Shown here: piece by piece, positions 34,590 through 48,306 of the stretch
Layout of the letters: every line of letters begins with the position of its first letter
Numbering within the stretch: position 1 is the stretch's first letter
Assembly: GCA_043228905.1 (NCBI GenBank)
Contig: JBHGNT010000006.1
Location: 7,936,001-8,000,000 of the forward strand
Length of the DNA stretch: 64,000 bases
Direction of reading: 5' to 3'
Source of the DNA: Azolla caroliniana
Lineage: Eukaryota; Plantae; Polypodiophyta
Program-made: the position numbers and the translations under genes
Notes under the pieces: generated by a model
Seen by the model: the letters and a program-made list of their open reading frames with translations, nothing else
Told to the model about the DNA's origin: nothing
The model's database searches: none

Positions 34590-37500
34590 ATGGAAGGCGG
34601 CGGTAGTGGGCCTCCGGGCATGATGGTGTTGAACTCACAGAACTACGCCGACTGGAAGATAAAGATGGAAGACCTTCTCATCGTCCGAGACCTGTATGAA
34701 CCGATCGACAATGCCAAGATACCCAAGGGGGTAATAGAGTTGGAGTGGAAGCTCCTGAACCGGAAAGCCGTAGCGACGATCCGGCAATATGTCGATGTAA
34801 GCGTTCTACAACATGTGGCGAACGACACCAACGCATATGAGATGTGGAAGAAGCTGTCGGGCCTCTACGAGAGGAAGAATGCGTTGAACCGGACCTCCCT
34901 GATGAGGAAGATAGTGAACCTCAAGTACCGGGATGGCGAGAGTATGGTGGAACACGTAAGCACGTTCATGGGATTCGTGAACCAGCTTGCGGCGATCAAG
35001 TTCCCGTTGGAGGATGCAATGCAAGCCATCATCTTGATGTGTACATTGCCGGAAAGCTGGGAGAACTTGGTGGTGACTCTCAGCACCTCCTGCACCGAAG
35101 ATAACTTGTCTCTACAAACGGTAAAGACAAGCATTTTGAACGAAGAAGCGCGTCGGAGAGATAAAGAACCGGCCTCCGATCCGAAGATGCTGCTTACCGA
35201 ATCGGATCGGGGAAGACAATGGAACCGGAGTCCGCAAAGACGGGAGAAGTCGGGGACCCGGTCGCAGTCAAGAGGAAGGCCCACATGCTTCCATTGTGGG
35301 AAGCCGGGGCACTTCCGGAAGAATTGTCGGCATTACCGAAAGGACAATGGAGCCGACGACACCGATTCGAAGAAGTCACCGGAGAGAAACGGTGCATACC
35401 GGGGAGCCACGGACCGGAGAGGTCCGGATCGGCGAGGGCAGGACCGGAAAGGAACGACGGCACTCGCGGCAAGTGAAGAAGAGATAATGCTCATTACCGA
35501 AGAGAGGGAGCTGAACCTTGCCGGTGTAGAGATGACCTGGGTGGTCGATTCCGGAGCGTCGTTCCACCTGACCCCGGAGAAGAAATACTTCTCATCCTAC
35601 ACAGCCCGTGAGCACGGCTGTGTCCGGATGGGAAATGAAGGCACATGCCGGATTGCCGGCATAGGAGACGTGTGGCTGATGACATCAACCGGATGCAAGA
35701 TGCTGCTGAAGGATGTTCGACACGTTCCGGAGGTCCGATTGAACCTGATCTCGGCCGGGAGGCTAGATGATGAAGGCTACACCGGTAGCATCCGGAACGG
35801 TGTCATGAAGTTCAGCAAAGGGAGCTGATAGTGGCTCGGGCCCGGAAGGTCAATACACTGTACCTGATGAATTCCCGGCTATGTCCGGAGGAGCTGAACG
35901 TGGCAGCCGACACTACCGGTGAGCTGTGGCACAAGAGACTGTGCCACATGAGTGAGAAGGGGATGAAGAGGCTTGCCGATGACAACCTGATACCGGTAAA
36001 GCACGTACACCTGGGGAAGTGTACCGACTGTCTGGCTGGTAAGCAAAACCGGACCTCCTTCCACTCAAGGCCACCGACGAGACGTAGCGCACCATTGGAG
36101 TTGGTGCACACTGATGTGTGTCAAGTAGAAGCGAAGTCACATGGCGGAGCTCAGTACTTCGTAACATTCATAGATGACCATAGCCGGAAGCTGTGGACGG
36201 CACCGTTGAAGACAAAGGACCAAGTATTGTCCGTCTTCAAAGAACTCCACGCGAGAGTGGAAAGAGAATCCGGCAAGAAGCTGAAAGCGATACGAGCGGA
36301 TAACGGAGGGGAATACCGGGGGCAGTTCGCAGAGTACTGTCGCTCGAAGGGAATCCGGCTCGAGTTTACTGTGCCGAAGACGCCGGAACTGAACGGGCTG
36401 GCCGAGAGGATGAACCGGACCATAATGGAGAGGGTCCGGAGTATGCTAGCACATGCGAAATTACCCAAGGGATTTTGGGTTGAGGCAATGTCGACGGCGA
36501 CGTATGTGATAAATAGATCACCCTCAGTACCTTTGGACGGAGACACGCCGCAGAAAGTGTGGACCGGTAAGGAAGTGTCCTACCGGCATCTGAAGGTGTT
36601 CGGGTGTCTCGCATACGTGCATGTGGCAAAGGACCGGAGAGGAAAGTTAGATCCAAAGACCCGGCCATGCATATTTCTCGGTTACGGCAACGACGAGTTC
36701 GGCTACCGAGTATGGGACCCGGTCGACAAGAAGATATTCAGGAGTCGAGATATCATCTTCATGGAGGACAAGACACTCGCCGACTGGGAGTCGGAGAAGA
36801 AGATGAAGAGCTCCAAGTCGACCGGTGAGGATCAACTCTACGAAGAGCAGTCCCAATCGGCAAGGGACCGGTTAGCACTCGAGGATCCGGCCGAAGACGG
36901 TGAAGAAACAGAACCGGCCGAGGAAGACGAAACTGATACCGGAACCGGCCCCGATCCCGAAATGGATTCGGATGAAGAGGAAGCGGAGGAGCCGGTTACC
37001 GAAGCTCCGGAACGGAGATATCCTCTAAGAGAGAGAAGGGCCCCCCGGAGATTTCCGGAACCAGAGCACGTGCTGCTAACCGACGAGGGGGAGCCGGAGA
37101 GTTTTGAAGAAGCAAAGCTTGACACCCATAGCCGCAGGTGGTTAAGTGCCATGCAGGAGGAGATGGATTCCCTGCATGAGAACCACACATATGAACTTGT
37201 GGAGTTGCCGAAAGGAAAGCGGGCACTTCGAAACAAGTGGGTGTTCAAGCTGAAACCGGGAGATGCCGGAAACCCCCCGAGATACAAAGCCAGGATCGTG
37301 GTGAAGGGGTTCCAGCAGAAGAAGGGCGTCGACTTCGACGAGATATTTGCCCCGGTAGTGAAAATGACCTCCATCCGGACGGTGCTGAGCATAGCGGCAA
37401 GCATGGACCTCGAGGTAGAACAGATGGACGTGAAGACGGCATTCCTTCATGGTGACCTCGAAGAAGAGATCTACATGCAGCAACCGGAAGGATTCGAGAA

Positions 37501-38170
37501 GAAAGGGAAGGAGCACCTGGTATGCCGGTTGAAGAAGAGCCTTTACGGACTGAAGCAGGCTCCCCGGCAATGGTACCGGAAGTTCGACTCCTTCATGACC
37601 GACGAAGGGTACCACAAAACGCAGTCCGATCACTGCATGTTTGTGATGAAGTTCGAAGGAGGAGACTTTCTAATACTCCTCCTGTACGTGGACGACATGT
37701 TGATCGTCGGACGGGACCAGGTCAAGATACGGATGCTGAAGAAAGTGCTTCACCGAACCTTCTCAATGAAGGACCTGGGTCCGGCGAGGCAAATACTAGG
37801 GATGCACATCATCCGGGACCGGAAGAAGAAGCAGTTGTGGCTGTCACAGGAGAAGTACGTGACAAAGGTGCTTCACCGGTTCAACATGTCGGAAGCAAGA
37901 CCGGTCGGGTCAACCCTCCCGGCAAACTGCAAGTTGTCCAGCAAGCAAAGCCCCAAGACAAAGGCTGAGAAGGAGGACATGATGAAAGTACCATATGCCT
38001 CTGCCGTCGGAAGCTTGATGTACGCAATGGTGTGTACAAGACCGGACATAGGATATGCAGTCGGAGTGGTGAGCCGGTACATGAGCAATCCCGACAAAGA
38101 GCACTGGAACGCGGCCAAGTGGATACTCCGATACCTGAAGGGCACGGCAAACGTGTGCCTCCGATTCGGC
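34590..38170 (+). pseudogene. pol: Copia B gag-pol, 1-bp frameshift near 35825, truncated before RNase H
   Basis: ORFs 34590-35828 and 35831 onward are nearly identical to copia D; similarity stops at VCLRFG (38170). Confidence 0.92.
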
Positions 38171-38354
38171 CATCCGGAAGGGACCGTAATCCCAACAAAC
38201 TCCCCCTTCACTTCGGCATGGGATGTCTCTCCAATCCGATCCTCTTCCGGCATGCTTCCAGCTTGTCGGGTGTGAGCACCTTGGTCAGCATATCCGACCC
38301 GTTCTCGTCCGTGTGGATCTTCGTCAGCACGAACTCCTTGTCTTCTATCCTTTC

Positions 38355-38454
38355 NNNNNNNNNNNNNNNNNNNNNNNNNNNNNNNNNNNNNNNNNNNNNN
38401 NNNNNNNNNNNNNNNNNNNNNNNNNNNNNNNNNNNNNNNNNNNNNNNNNNNNNN
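38355..38454. other. Assembly gap (100 N) with about 350 bp duplicated on both sides
   Basis: Sequence at about 38001-38354 reappears at about 38456-38812. Confidence 0.95.
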
Positions 38455-38626
38455 ACTGCCGTCGGAAGCTTGATGTACGCAATGGTGTGTACAAGACCGG
38501 ACATAGGATATGCAGTCGGAGTGGTGAGCCGGTACATGAGCAATCCCGACAAAGAGCACTGGAACGCGGCCAAGTGGATACTCCGATACCTGAAGGGCAC
38601 GGGCAAACGTGTGCCTCCGATTCGGC

Positions 38627-41600
38627 CATCCGGAAGGGACCGTAATCCCAACAAACTCCCCCTTCACTTCGGCATGGGATGTCTCTCCAATCCGATCCTC
38701 TTCCGGCATGCTTCCAGCTTGTCGGGTGTGTGAGCACCTTGGTCAGCATATCCGACCCGTTCTCGTCCGTGTGGATCTTCGTCAGCACGAACTCCTTGTC
38801 TTCTATCCTTTCCCGGATCCAGTGATATCTTCGCTGGATGTGCTTCGTCTGGGGAGTGATAGGCCGCGTTAGTCGCAGTAGAGTCGGTACTCCTCCTGCC
38901 GGATACCGAGCTCTCTAATGAAGTCCTTCATCCATATTATTTCCTTGCCGGCTTCAACAGCCGCCATGTACTCCGCCTCCGTGGTTGACAACGCAACCGT
39001 CTTCTGCAGCCTCGACTGCCATGAAACAGCTCCCCCTGCATACGTCATCACATACCCTGATGTGGACCGGCTGGTATCTGCATCAGCCGACATATCCGAA
39101 TCGGTGAAGCCGTCGAGTTCGGGCTTACCGGAGCCGAATCGGAGGCACACGTCTGTTGTGCCCTTCAAGTATCGGAGTATCCACTTGGCCGCGTTCCAAT
39201 GCTCTTTGCCGGGATTGCTCATGTACCGGCTCACCACTCCGACTGCATATCCTATGTCCGGTCGAGTACACACCATTGCGTACATCAAGCTCCCGACGGC
39301 AGAGGCATATGGTACTTTCATCATGTCCTCCTTCTCAGCCTTTGTCTTGGGGCTTTGCTTGCTGGACAGCTTGCAGTTTGCCGGGAGTGTTGACCCGACC
39401 GGTCTTGCTTCCGACATGTTGAACCAATGAAGCACCTTTGTCACGTACTTCTCCTGTGACAGCCACAACTGCTTCTTCTTCCGGTCCCGGATGATGTGCA
39501 TCCCTAGTATTTGCCTCGCCGGACCCAGGTCTTTCATTGAGAAGGTTCGGTGAAGAGCCTTCTTCAACATCCGTATCTTGACCTGGTCTCGTCCGACGAT
39601 CAACATGTCGTCCACGTACAAGAGGAGTATTAGAAAGTCTCCTCCTTCGAACTTCTTCACAAACACGCAGTGATCGGACTGCGTTTTGTGGTACCCTTCG
39701 TCTGTCATGAAGGAGTCGAACTTCCGGTACCATTGCCGGGGAGCCTGCTTCAGACCGTAAAGGCTCTTCTTCAACCGGCATACCAGGTGCTCCTTCCCTT
39801 TCTTCTCGAATCCTTCCGGTTGCTGCATGTAGATCTCTTCTTCGAGGTCACCGTGAAGGAATGCCGTCTTCACGTCCATCTGTTCTACCTCGAGGTCCAT
39901 GCTTGCCGCTATGCTCAGCACCGTCCGGATGGAGGTCATCTTCACTACCGGGGCAAATATCTCGTCGAAGTCGATGCCCTTCTTCTGCTGAAACCCCTTC
40001 ACCACGATCCTGGCTTTGTATCTCGGGGGGTTTTCGGCATCTCCCGGTTTCAGCTTGAACACCCACTTGTTACGGAGTGCCCGTTTTCCTTTCGGCAACT
40101 CCACAAGTTCATAAGTGTGGTTCTCATGCAGGGAATCCATCTCCTCCTGCATGGCACTTAACCACTTGCGGCTATGGGTGTCATGCTTCGCTTCTTCAAA
40201 GCTCTCCGGCTCCCCCTCGTCGGTTAGCAGCACGTGCTCTGGTTCCGGAAATCTCCGGGGAGCCCTTCTCTCTCTTAGAGGATATCTCCGTTCCGGAGCT
40301 TCGGTAACCGGTTCTTCCGATTCTTCTTCATCCGAATCCATTTCGGGATCGGGGCCGGTTCCGGTATCATTTTCATCTTCTTCGGCCGGTTCTGTTTCTT
40401 CACCGTCTTCGGCCGGATCTTCGAGTGTTAACCGGTCCCTTGCCGGTCGGGACTGCTCCTCGTAGAGTTTATCCTCACCGGTCGACTTGGAGCTCTTCAT
40501 CTTCTTCTCCGACTCCCAATCGGCGAGTGTCTTGTTCTCCATGAAGATGATATCACGACTCCGGAATATCTTCTTGTCGACCGGGTCCCATACTCGGTAG
40601 CCGAGCTCGTCATCGCCGTAACCGAGGAATATGCATGGCCGGGTCTTTGGATCTAGCTTTCCTCTCCGGTCCTTTGCCACATGCACGTATGCGAGACACC
40701 CGAACACCTTCAGATGCCGGTAGGATACTTCCCTACCGGTCCACACTCTCTGCGGCGTGTCTCCGTCCAAAGGTACTGAGGGTGATCTGTTTATCACGTA
40801 TGTCGCAGTTGACATCGCCTCAGCCCAAAACCCCTTGGGTAATTTCGCATGCGCCAGCACACTCCGGACCCTCTCCATTATGGTCCGGTTCATCCTCTCG
40901 GCCAGCCCGTTCAGTTCCGGCGTCTTCGGCACAGTAAACTCGAGCCGGATTCCCTTCGAGCGACAGTACTCCGCGAACTGCCCCCGGTATTCCCCTCCGT
41001 TATCCGCTCGTATCGCTTTCAGCTTCTTGCCGGATTCTCTTTCCACTCTCGCGTGGAGTTCTTTGAAGACGCACAACACTTGGTCCTTTGTTTTCAACGG
41101 TGCCGTCCACAGCTTCCGGCTGTGATCATCAATGAATGTTACGAAGTACTGGGCTCCGCCATGTGACTTCGTTTCTACCTGACACACATCAGTGTGCATC
41201 AACTCCAATGGTGCGCTACGTCTCGTCGGTGGCCTTGAGTGGAAGGAGGTTCGGTTCTGCTTACCGGCCAGGCAATCGGTGCACTTCTCCAGGTGCACAT
41301 GCTTCACTGGAATAAGGTTGTCTTCTGCAAGCCTCTTCATCCCCTTCTCACTCATGTGGCACAGTCTCTTGTGCCACAGCTCACCGGCAGTGTCGGCTGC
41401 CACGTTCAACTCTTCCGGACACAACCAGGCATTCATAAGGTACAGTGTGTTGACTTTCCGGGCCCGAGCCACTATCAGGCTCCCCTTGCTGAACTTCATT
41501 ACGCCGTTCCGGATGCTACCTGTGTAGCCTTCATCGTCTAGCCTCCCGGCCGAAATCAGGTTCAATCGAACCTCCGGAACGTGTCGGACATCCTTCAGCA

Positions 41601-43348
41601 GCATTTTGCATCCGGTCGAGGTTGTCAGCCACATGTCTCCTATGCCGGCAATCCGGCACGTACCTTCATTTCCCATCCGAACACAGCCATGCTCACCGAC
41701 AGTGTAGGATGAGAAGTATCTTCTCTCCGGGGTCAGGTGGAACGATGCTCCGGAATCGACCACCCAGGTCGTCTCATCGCCGGCAATGTTTAGTTCACCT
41801 TCTTCGGTGATGAGCATGATTTCCTCTTCACTTGCCGCGAGTGCCGTCGTTCCTTTCCGGTCCTGCCCTCGCCGATCCGAACCATTCCGGTCCGTGGCTC
41901 CCCGGTAAGCACCGTTCCGATCCGAAGACTTCTTCGAATCGGTGTCGTCGGCTCCGATGTCTTTTCGGTAATGCCGACAATTCTTTCGGAAGTGCCCCGG
42001 CTTCCCACAGTGGAAGCATGTGGGCCTTCCTCTTGACTGCGACCGGGTCCCCGACTTCTCCCGTCTTTGCGGACTCCGGTTCCGTTGTCTTCCCCGATCT
42101 GATTCGGTAAACAACATCTTCGGATCGGAGACCGGTTCTTTATCTCTCCGACGCGCTTCTTCGTTCAAGATACTTGTCTTTACCGTTTGTAGGGACAAGT
42201 TATCTTCGGTGCAGGAGGTGCTGAGAGTCACCACCAAGTTCTCCTAGCTTTCCGGCAATGTACACATCAGAATGATGGCTTGCATTGCATCCTCCAGCGG
42301 GAACTTGATCGCCGCAAGTTGGTTCACGAATCCCATGAACGTGCTTACGTGTTCCACCATACTCTCGCCGTCCCGGTACTTGAGGTTCACTGTCTTCCTC
42401 ATCAGGGAGGTCCGGTTCAACGCATTCTTCCTCTCGTAGAGGCCCGACAGCTTCCGCCACATCTCATATGCGTTGGTGTCGTTCGCCACATGTTGTAGAA
42501 CGCTCACGTCGACGTATTGCCGAATGGTTGCAACGGCTTTCCGGTTCAGAAGCCTCCATTCCGACTCAAGTACCCCCTTCGGTATTTCCGACCTGTCAAT
42601 CGGTTCGTACAGGTCCCGAACAATCAGAAGATCCTCCATCTTGATCTTCCAGTCGGCGTAATTCTGCGCATTCAGCACCATCATCCCCGGCTGGCCGCTG
42701 CCGCCGCCTTCCATTTTCTGCAGCAACTTGCTCTGATACCAAATTGATGGAAATAATCGACACTTTCCAAGTTCACTTCTCGGCCACAACCAAGGAAACA
42801 CACGAATCGTTGTTGCAGAAAATAGGAAATGCAAAAAATAAGTAATTGGACACGCGATTTAACGTGGAAAACCCTGTACGGGAAAAACCACGGGAGCACA
42901 AGACTCCGAACCAAAACTATGCACAGAGAAATATACAATGGCGAGCTGCAAGGCGACGACCTTGAGCTCGCTGTCCTTGCCACAGGCGGCGGGATTACAC
43001 AGAGGCGTCGACCTCTTCCTCTCTCACGCTCTATCTCTCTCACGACTGCTCTCTCTTCACTTCTCTTAAGTGGAAAAACAGAAAAATGAGTAGCAACATT
43101 AAAACTGTTTGCCCTAAGTCATATTTATACACATATGACTTTAGGGCCATTTACAACTATAGCCTCAAGGGCCCTTGGCAAACATATTCACAGATATGTC
43201 CCCGCATCCGGATCTCTCTCCGGGTACATTCGTCATCCGGCTCCGAAGCCGGGGTCTTCATCATCCGGTTCCGAAACCGAAACCGGGCTTGTCGTCATTC
43301 ATCTCCGACATCCGACCATCCCATCCGAAAGGGACCGTAATCCCAACA
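38627..43348 (-). mobile_element. Copia C, antisense insertion into the 3' LTR of copia B; own 3' LTR reduced to about 27 bp
   Basis: 5' LTR 43348-42745; Met PBS 42741-42730; gag-pol from ATG 42714 with a TAG at 42246 and a deletion near 38860; PPT plus TGTTGGGATTACGGTCCCTTCCGGATG fused to B internal sequence. Confidence 0.9.
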
Positions 43349-43350
43349 CC

Positions 43351-43381
<31 letters not shown>

Positions 43382-44112
43382 GAAGAGGTCGTTGCCTCTG
43401 TGTATTACCGCCGCCTGTGGCGAAGACAGTGAGCTCAAGGTTGTTGCCTTGTAGCTTCACCATTGTACATCTCTGTTTATAGTGATAGTTGGAGTTTGAG
43501 GACTCCCGTGGTTTTTCCCATTTAGGGTTTTCCACGTAAAACATTCTGTGTACTCTTCTCTCTATTGTCTTCGTGCAATTTGTATTTCCTGTTTTCTGTG
43601 AAGTGGATCCTATTCCTCGGTTGTGGCCGAGCACTGTGTTTAACACCTTGATAGCCCTCTTCAAAAATCCTCCCGGCTTTCGCCCCCGAGGGTCTCGCGG
43701 TTCCTCTCATGGTTTGGTCTCACCGTCAGGAACTGGACCAAGTGGCGCCCATCCTGGCTCTTGACCCTCGCATAGGCCGAGCCGTTGTCCAGCACCTTGG
43801 TCTCCATCCGTGCTACCGTGATGTACGGTTCTCCTAGTATAACCGACTGTGAGGACGTCTCCTGCACGAAGAAGTGCTGGTCAATCTCGACATCGCCGAT
43901 CTTTACTCGTACATTCGGGCAGGCTCCATGCAGTTCTTCGGTGGCATGCTGTCACGTTGTTACGCGCGTGCGTGGAGAAAGGCGGGACCACGGGGGTCTT
44001 GGACTAGAGAGCGATGGGGCATAGGAAGTCGTGCTTCACTGTTTTTGGGGCATCCCAGAAACACACCGGAAGCAACCGAAGGGAGAGAGAGAGAGCTTAA
44101 CACCGACTTACG

Positions 44113-44152
<40 letters not shown>

Positions 44153-46009
44153 GCCCAACCCGACCCACGCCTTATGTACAGAAAACGCAGGAGAGGGTAA
44201 GCACCCGACGCCAACAACGACGCAAATATACACAGACAAACGTATATATATATATATATATATATCAAGGGAAGAATACATTCCCGGCATCGAGCCGGAC
44301 CAAGATAGCTTACAACAATCGTCTGCTGTCAAGCTGCCGTCGAGGAGCTCTTGGGCTCGTCGCGCCGAGCGGGGTCTTGCACAGGAGGCCGAACCAAAGC
44401 AAACCCTAAGCGAACACGAAGGAGAAGAAGAAGAAGAAGCTAACTCTAAACCTAACGGTATACCCTCTAATGCAAAATGGGCAACCCTTTCACAAAGGGC
44501 ATTCCCTTCCTTTTATAGAACAAGGAAAGGGATGCGTTACAATGTGGGACGAATCCCGCCTTACATGGGATCGTCTGCCCCGACTTGACCACTCTTCGGC
44601 GCCATAAAGGCACCCTCGATATTCACACTAAATGTACATGGGTGCGTACACACGCTGCACCCCATCGATGTAGCCAATGTTTCCCGGTTTCCGCCTCTGG
44701 CCGAAATTCTTCACGACATCCGCCCCCACCTAACTGCACGTCCACCGGTACGTGCCAAATCTGGTTGAAGGGTGAGAGATTTCGGCCGGTGAGAAACCGG
44801 TCTCCCGTGATCCGCATCTCGGCTTGTTGTCGGTTTGATCTGTCGGCTTCGAGTCTTCCTTCGCGCTCGCCTCCCCGTAGGCTCGTTCGACCCGTCGATG
44901 GGTCCTCTGCCGCGATCTCCGTAGTACGCGTACTTTCGTTGGCCCTTGTTCGGCCGTATGAACGCCCCGCTTCCCGCCGTATGCCCGACGTCCTCCCGCC
45001 GCCACCTTCCTTCTCCATGGTCTTACGTCGCCGCGTCGGCTCGAACCGCCATGGTCTCCGGAATAGTGTGGAAGATCCCTTTTTGGTCTTCTCCGCGCTC
45101 GCCTTCCCACTCCGGCACCTCCGTGTGCCACATACCCTCGACCGTTGTGTCGTACTCCGGTTCATTGCACGCCTCGTCGGCCCCTTTCCCGGCCAGATCG
45201 TGCATTGCCGCTCACCCGCATACTAGTGTCCTTCGCATCCGAGGAACACCCCGTAGTAGCCCGCTTGGCCCTTCCCGTCTTCGTGCTGCTGCAACAGGTC
45301 CTGAGTCTTTCGTTTGCCGTCGTCCCCTCGCCCACACCAGCTTGTCATCCCGGCTTGCCGTGTTAGTCTTCGCTACTTCGACGGAGCTACCGAGATCTAC
45401 GAAGCGAGTGTGGAGGATCCTCCTCCGGCCTCTCTTGTCATCCCCTGACTCCAACCCTGTGCAGTCCACTAGGCACTTGTCACCTCGTTCCCGGCACCTC
45501 CCTTGTGCCGTTTTCCGCTTCCTTCGTTCGACCCTGCCCGCGCCGAACACCGTCCCGTAGTCACGCTTCGATCCGGCCCGCGATGGCCACTTGCGAGACT
45601 CTTGTTCTGTCCCAGGTGTGCCTTTCCGGCCTGACACACCTCCCCATGTTTGCCCCTACTGGCTCCTTCCAAAACCTCGTGTCGTCGGGTCCTGTTCTCT
45701 GCCGCCACCGTCCTTCTCCCTCGGTCTTACGTTGCCATGTTGGCCGAACAGTCGGGGTCTCCGGATCGGTGTGAGGGTCCCATAGGACCGGACTCCGTTT
45801 CTATGCTTGCCGAAATTTGGGTGTCTTTGTTTGAGTCCCTCCCGGACTCTCCTCGTGTCTTTCGCGTAGTCGGGTCTCGTTTACCGCCGCCACCTTCCTT
45901 CTCCCTCGGTCTTACGTTGCCCCATTGGCCGAACAACCGGAGTCTCTGGTTAAGTGTGGGGATCCCGTAGGACCGGACTTCCTTACGCCCATTGCCTTCG
46001 TCACCTTGC

Positions 46010-46470
46010 TGCCACCGTCAGTATCTTGGTCTTACGTCGACCGCGTTGCCGATTGCCGAAGTCTCTAGAACCGGTGTGAAGGATCCTCCGTAGACCGCCC
46101 GTCCGTAGCCCCTTTTGTCTTCGCCACCTCACCGCCACCGTCAGTATCTTGGTCTTACGTCGACCGCGTTGCCGACTGCCGAAGTCTCTAGAACCGGTGT
46201 GAAGGATCCTCTGTAGACTGCCCGTCCGTAGCCCCTTTTGTCTTCGTCACCTCGCCGCCACCGTCAGTATCTTGGTCTTACGTCGACCGCGTTGGCGACT
46301 GCCGAAGTCTCTAGAACCGGTGTGAAGGATCCTCCGTAGACCGCCCGTCCGTAGCCCCTTTTGTCTTCGTCACCTCGCCGCCACCGTCAGTATCTTGGTC
46401 TTACGTCGACCGCGTTGCCGACTGCCGAAGTCTCTAGAACCGGTGTGAAGGATCCTCTGTAGACCGCCCA
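46010..46470. repeat. About 123-bp tandem repeat (about 4 copies) in G4 internal region
   Basis: CCACCGTCAGTATCTTGGTCTTACGTCGACCGCGTTG recurs near 46012, 46135, 46258 and 46381. Confidence 0.92.
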
Positions 46471-46908
46471 TTCGTCTTCCCGACCCTGTCTCGGGTCGTC
46501 CTTTTCCGCATGCCGAGAGGGCGTTTTGTTCCGCACCCTCTCCCGTGGTACCGACGTACCGTGTCCTCGGCCTCTTCGTAGGCTAGCTCTTTTCCTCCCT
46601 CCCGGAATGGTCATCCGGGAGTCCGCTCCGCCCGGTTCTCGTCCGGGTCCGTTCGTCCTTCTCCGGATTGTCGGGTCCCATTCTCTTGTCGCCACCTTCC
46701 TTCGTATAGGACTTACGCCGGCACTCGGGCCGGCAGCCGGATCGGTGTAAGGAATCCCATAGGACCGGCTTTCATTCTCTTTCCAAATCTTGACCTTCGC
46801 CCGGTCGGTCTTTCTCCCCATGTAAAAGAGGGCGGCTCGTCCCGCACCCTCTCCCGTATCGGCACCTTCACGCTGAATCCGGCCCCGATCGAACGATCCA
46901 CGACCGGA

Positions 46909-48306
46909 TCACGCTCCACCCGTATCGGAATGCCGATCTCCTCGTGCCGCTTTCATCCTTGGCCTCCTCGTAGGCCGTTTCCCATCCGACTTCGCTGGCA
47001 CCGTGCCAGGACTCCTCGGTACCGCTATCCATCTCCTCGGTCTTACATGGGCATACGGGCCCGAATGCCGATTTCTCCGGAATCGGATCCGTGGGCTTTC
47101 ACCCGTTCCTTCCCCGCATCGTCTCGCCGGTGATTCTTGCCCTTTCACCGTCGCCTTCCTCCGCTTGGGACTCACGTGGGCACTCGGGCCCGACTGCCAT
47201 CGTCTCGGGAGCAAGTGTGGGAAGACACAAAGAATCGCTCGTCCGTTTTGCGCCCTTGTCCGTAGCCACCGACTCTTCGTGGTCGGCGGTCGTCTTCTTA
47301 CCGATTGTGCAAGCCCCGTCTGGGCTTGCTTCTCCAATGACCGGGATCTCGGGCTGACACGCCGAAACCGCTGGTCCCAACGTTCCGGTTCCGCGATCTG
47401 TATCTCGGCCTCGTCCTTGGCCGTTCTATCTCCGCAAGTCGAGAGGGCGTTTCGTTCCGCACCCTCTCCCGTGGTACCGTCGTACCGATCTTCCGCCGTC
47501 GCGTGGGGCAAGTACGTCTTCTCAGTCTCGGCTTGCAGCCTCCGTCTTTCCTCTTCCTCGAGCATCGCCTCGAGAGCTGCGTACGCCTCCGCAATCCTGG
47601 TCCCAACGCCGACCCTTGCCGACTCTCTTTGCCGTTCGGCCTCTTCCCGCTGTGATGGCACGCCGTCGCGTACCTTCCTCTTAGCCTTCTCGGCTCGTTC
47701 GTTGTCTAGCCGTTGGCACACCCTTCCGACCTTCAACCAGTCCTCCGTAAGCCCATTCACTCCGTCATCGTCTTCGAGCTCAATCCCGATGGGTTCCCAT
47801 TCCGCTCGGTCGATCGACCTGACGAACAAAAGGACTTTGTCCGCCCCCACCAAACCTTGTTCCCGCTTTGGGAGCCGGGCAAGCCGTCGCTCGAACTCTC
47901 GGAACGCCTTCGTTGCACCCCGGTGGGTCTTTGCCGACGCTACCCACTGGTCGAAGTCGTGCCGTCCACGGCTCTTCCGCCGTCCTCCGTATGCCTTCAG
48001 GAGCGCCTCTTCGAAGGCCTCCCACGAACTATGAGCCTCACGGAGCTCCTTTACTTCCGCATGCATCCGGATAGCTACAACCCGGCAGAAGAACTCCAGC
48101 CTCAACGCCTCGTCTACGCCACGCTCCTCCATTTCCACGTTGTAGGCTTCCAAGTAAGATGGGACTTTGTCCCCGTTGAAATGGCCGACTCTTTTGACCA
48201 CTCGTTGAACCGCTTGTTGCGCTGCTTCTCGCCTCATCACCACTCGTGTCGACTCCAACACCACTTCGGCCACCATCTCCGCAAGGTCTTCGTCTTCCGA
48301 CTCCAT
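46909..48306 (-). CDS. gag: G4 capsid-like Gag (N-terminal about 200 aa), followed by a low-complexity tail
   Basis: VGHFNGDKVPSYLEAYN, ADKVLLFVRS and GLTEDW align by eye with G2/G3 gag; no knuckle or protease motif seen. Confidence 0.75.
   Translation of the reverse strand: MESEDEDLAEMVAEVVLESTRVVMRREAAQQAVQRVVKRVGHFNGDKVPSYLEAYNVEMEERGVDEALRLEFFCRVVAIRMHAEVKELREAHSSWEAFEEALLKAYGGRRKSRGRHDFDQWVASAKTHRGATKAFREFERRLARLPKREQGLVGADKVLLFVRSIDRAEWEPIGIELEDDDGVNGLTEDWLKVGRVCQRLDNERAEKAKRKVRDGVPSQREEAERQRESARVGVGTRIAEAYAALEAMLEEEERRRLQAETEKTYLPHATAEDRYDGTTGEGAERNALSTCGDRTAKDEAEIQIAEPERWDQRFRRVSPRSRSLEKQAQTGLAQSVRRRPPTTKSRWLRTRAQNGRAILCVFPHLLPRRWQSGPSAHVSPKRRKATVKGQESPARRCGEGTGESPRIRFRRNRHSGPYAHVRPRRWIAVPRSPGTVPAKSDGKRPTRRPRMKAARGDRHSDTGGA

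Larger units (their letters stand above)
33914..43645 (+). mobile_element. Copia B (rearranged), inserted in G3
   Basis: TSD CCTTG (33909-33913, 43646-43650); 5' LTR 33914-34558; Met PBS 34562-34573; only the 3' part of the 3' LTR remains (43349-43645). Confidence 0.92.

Noticed and set aside
38001-38812. Biological tandem duplication of the B/C junction
   Set aside because: The two copies flank a 100-N gap and differ by small indels, typical of unmerged contig overlap.
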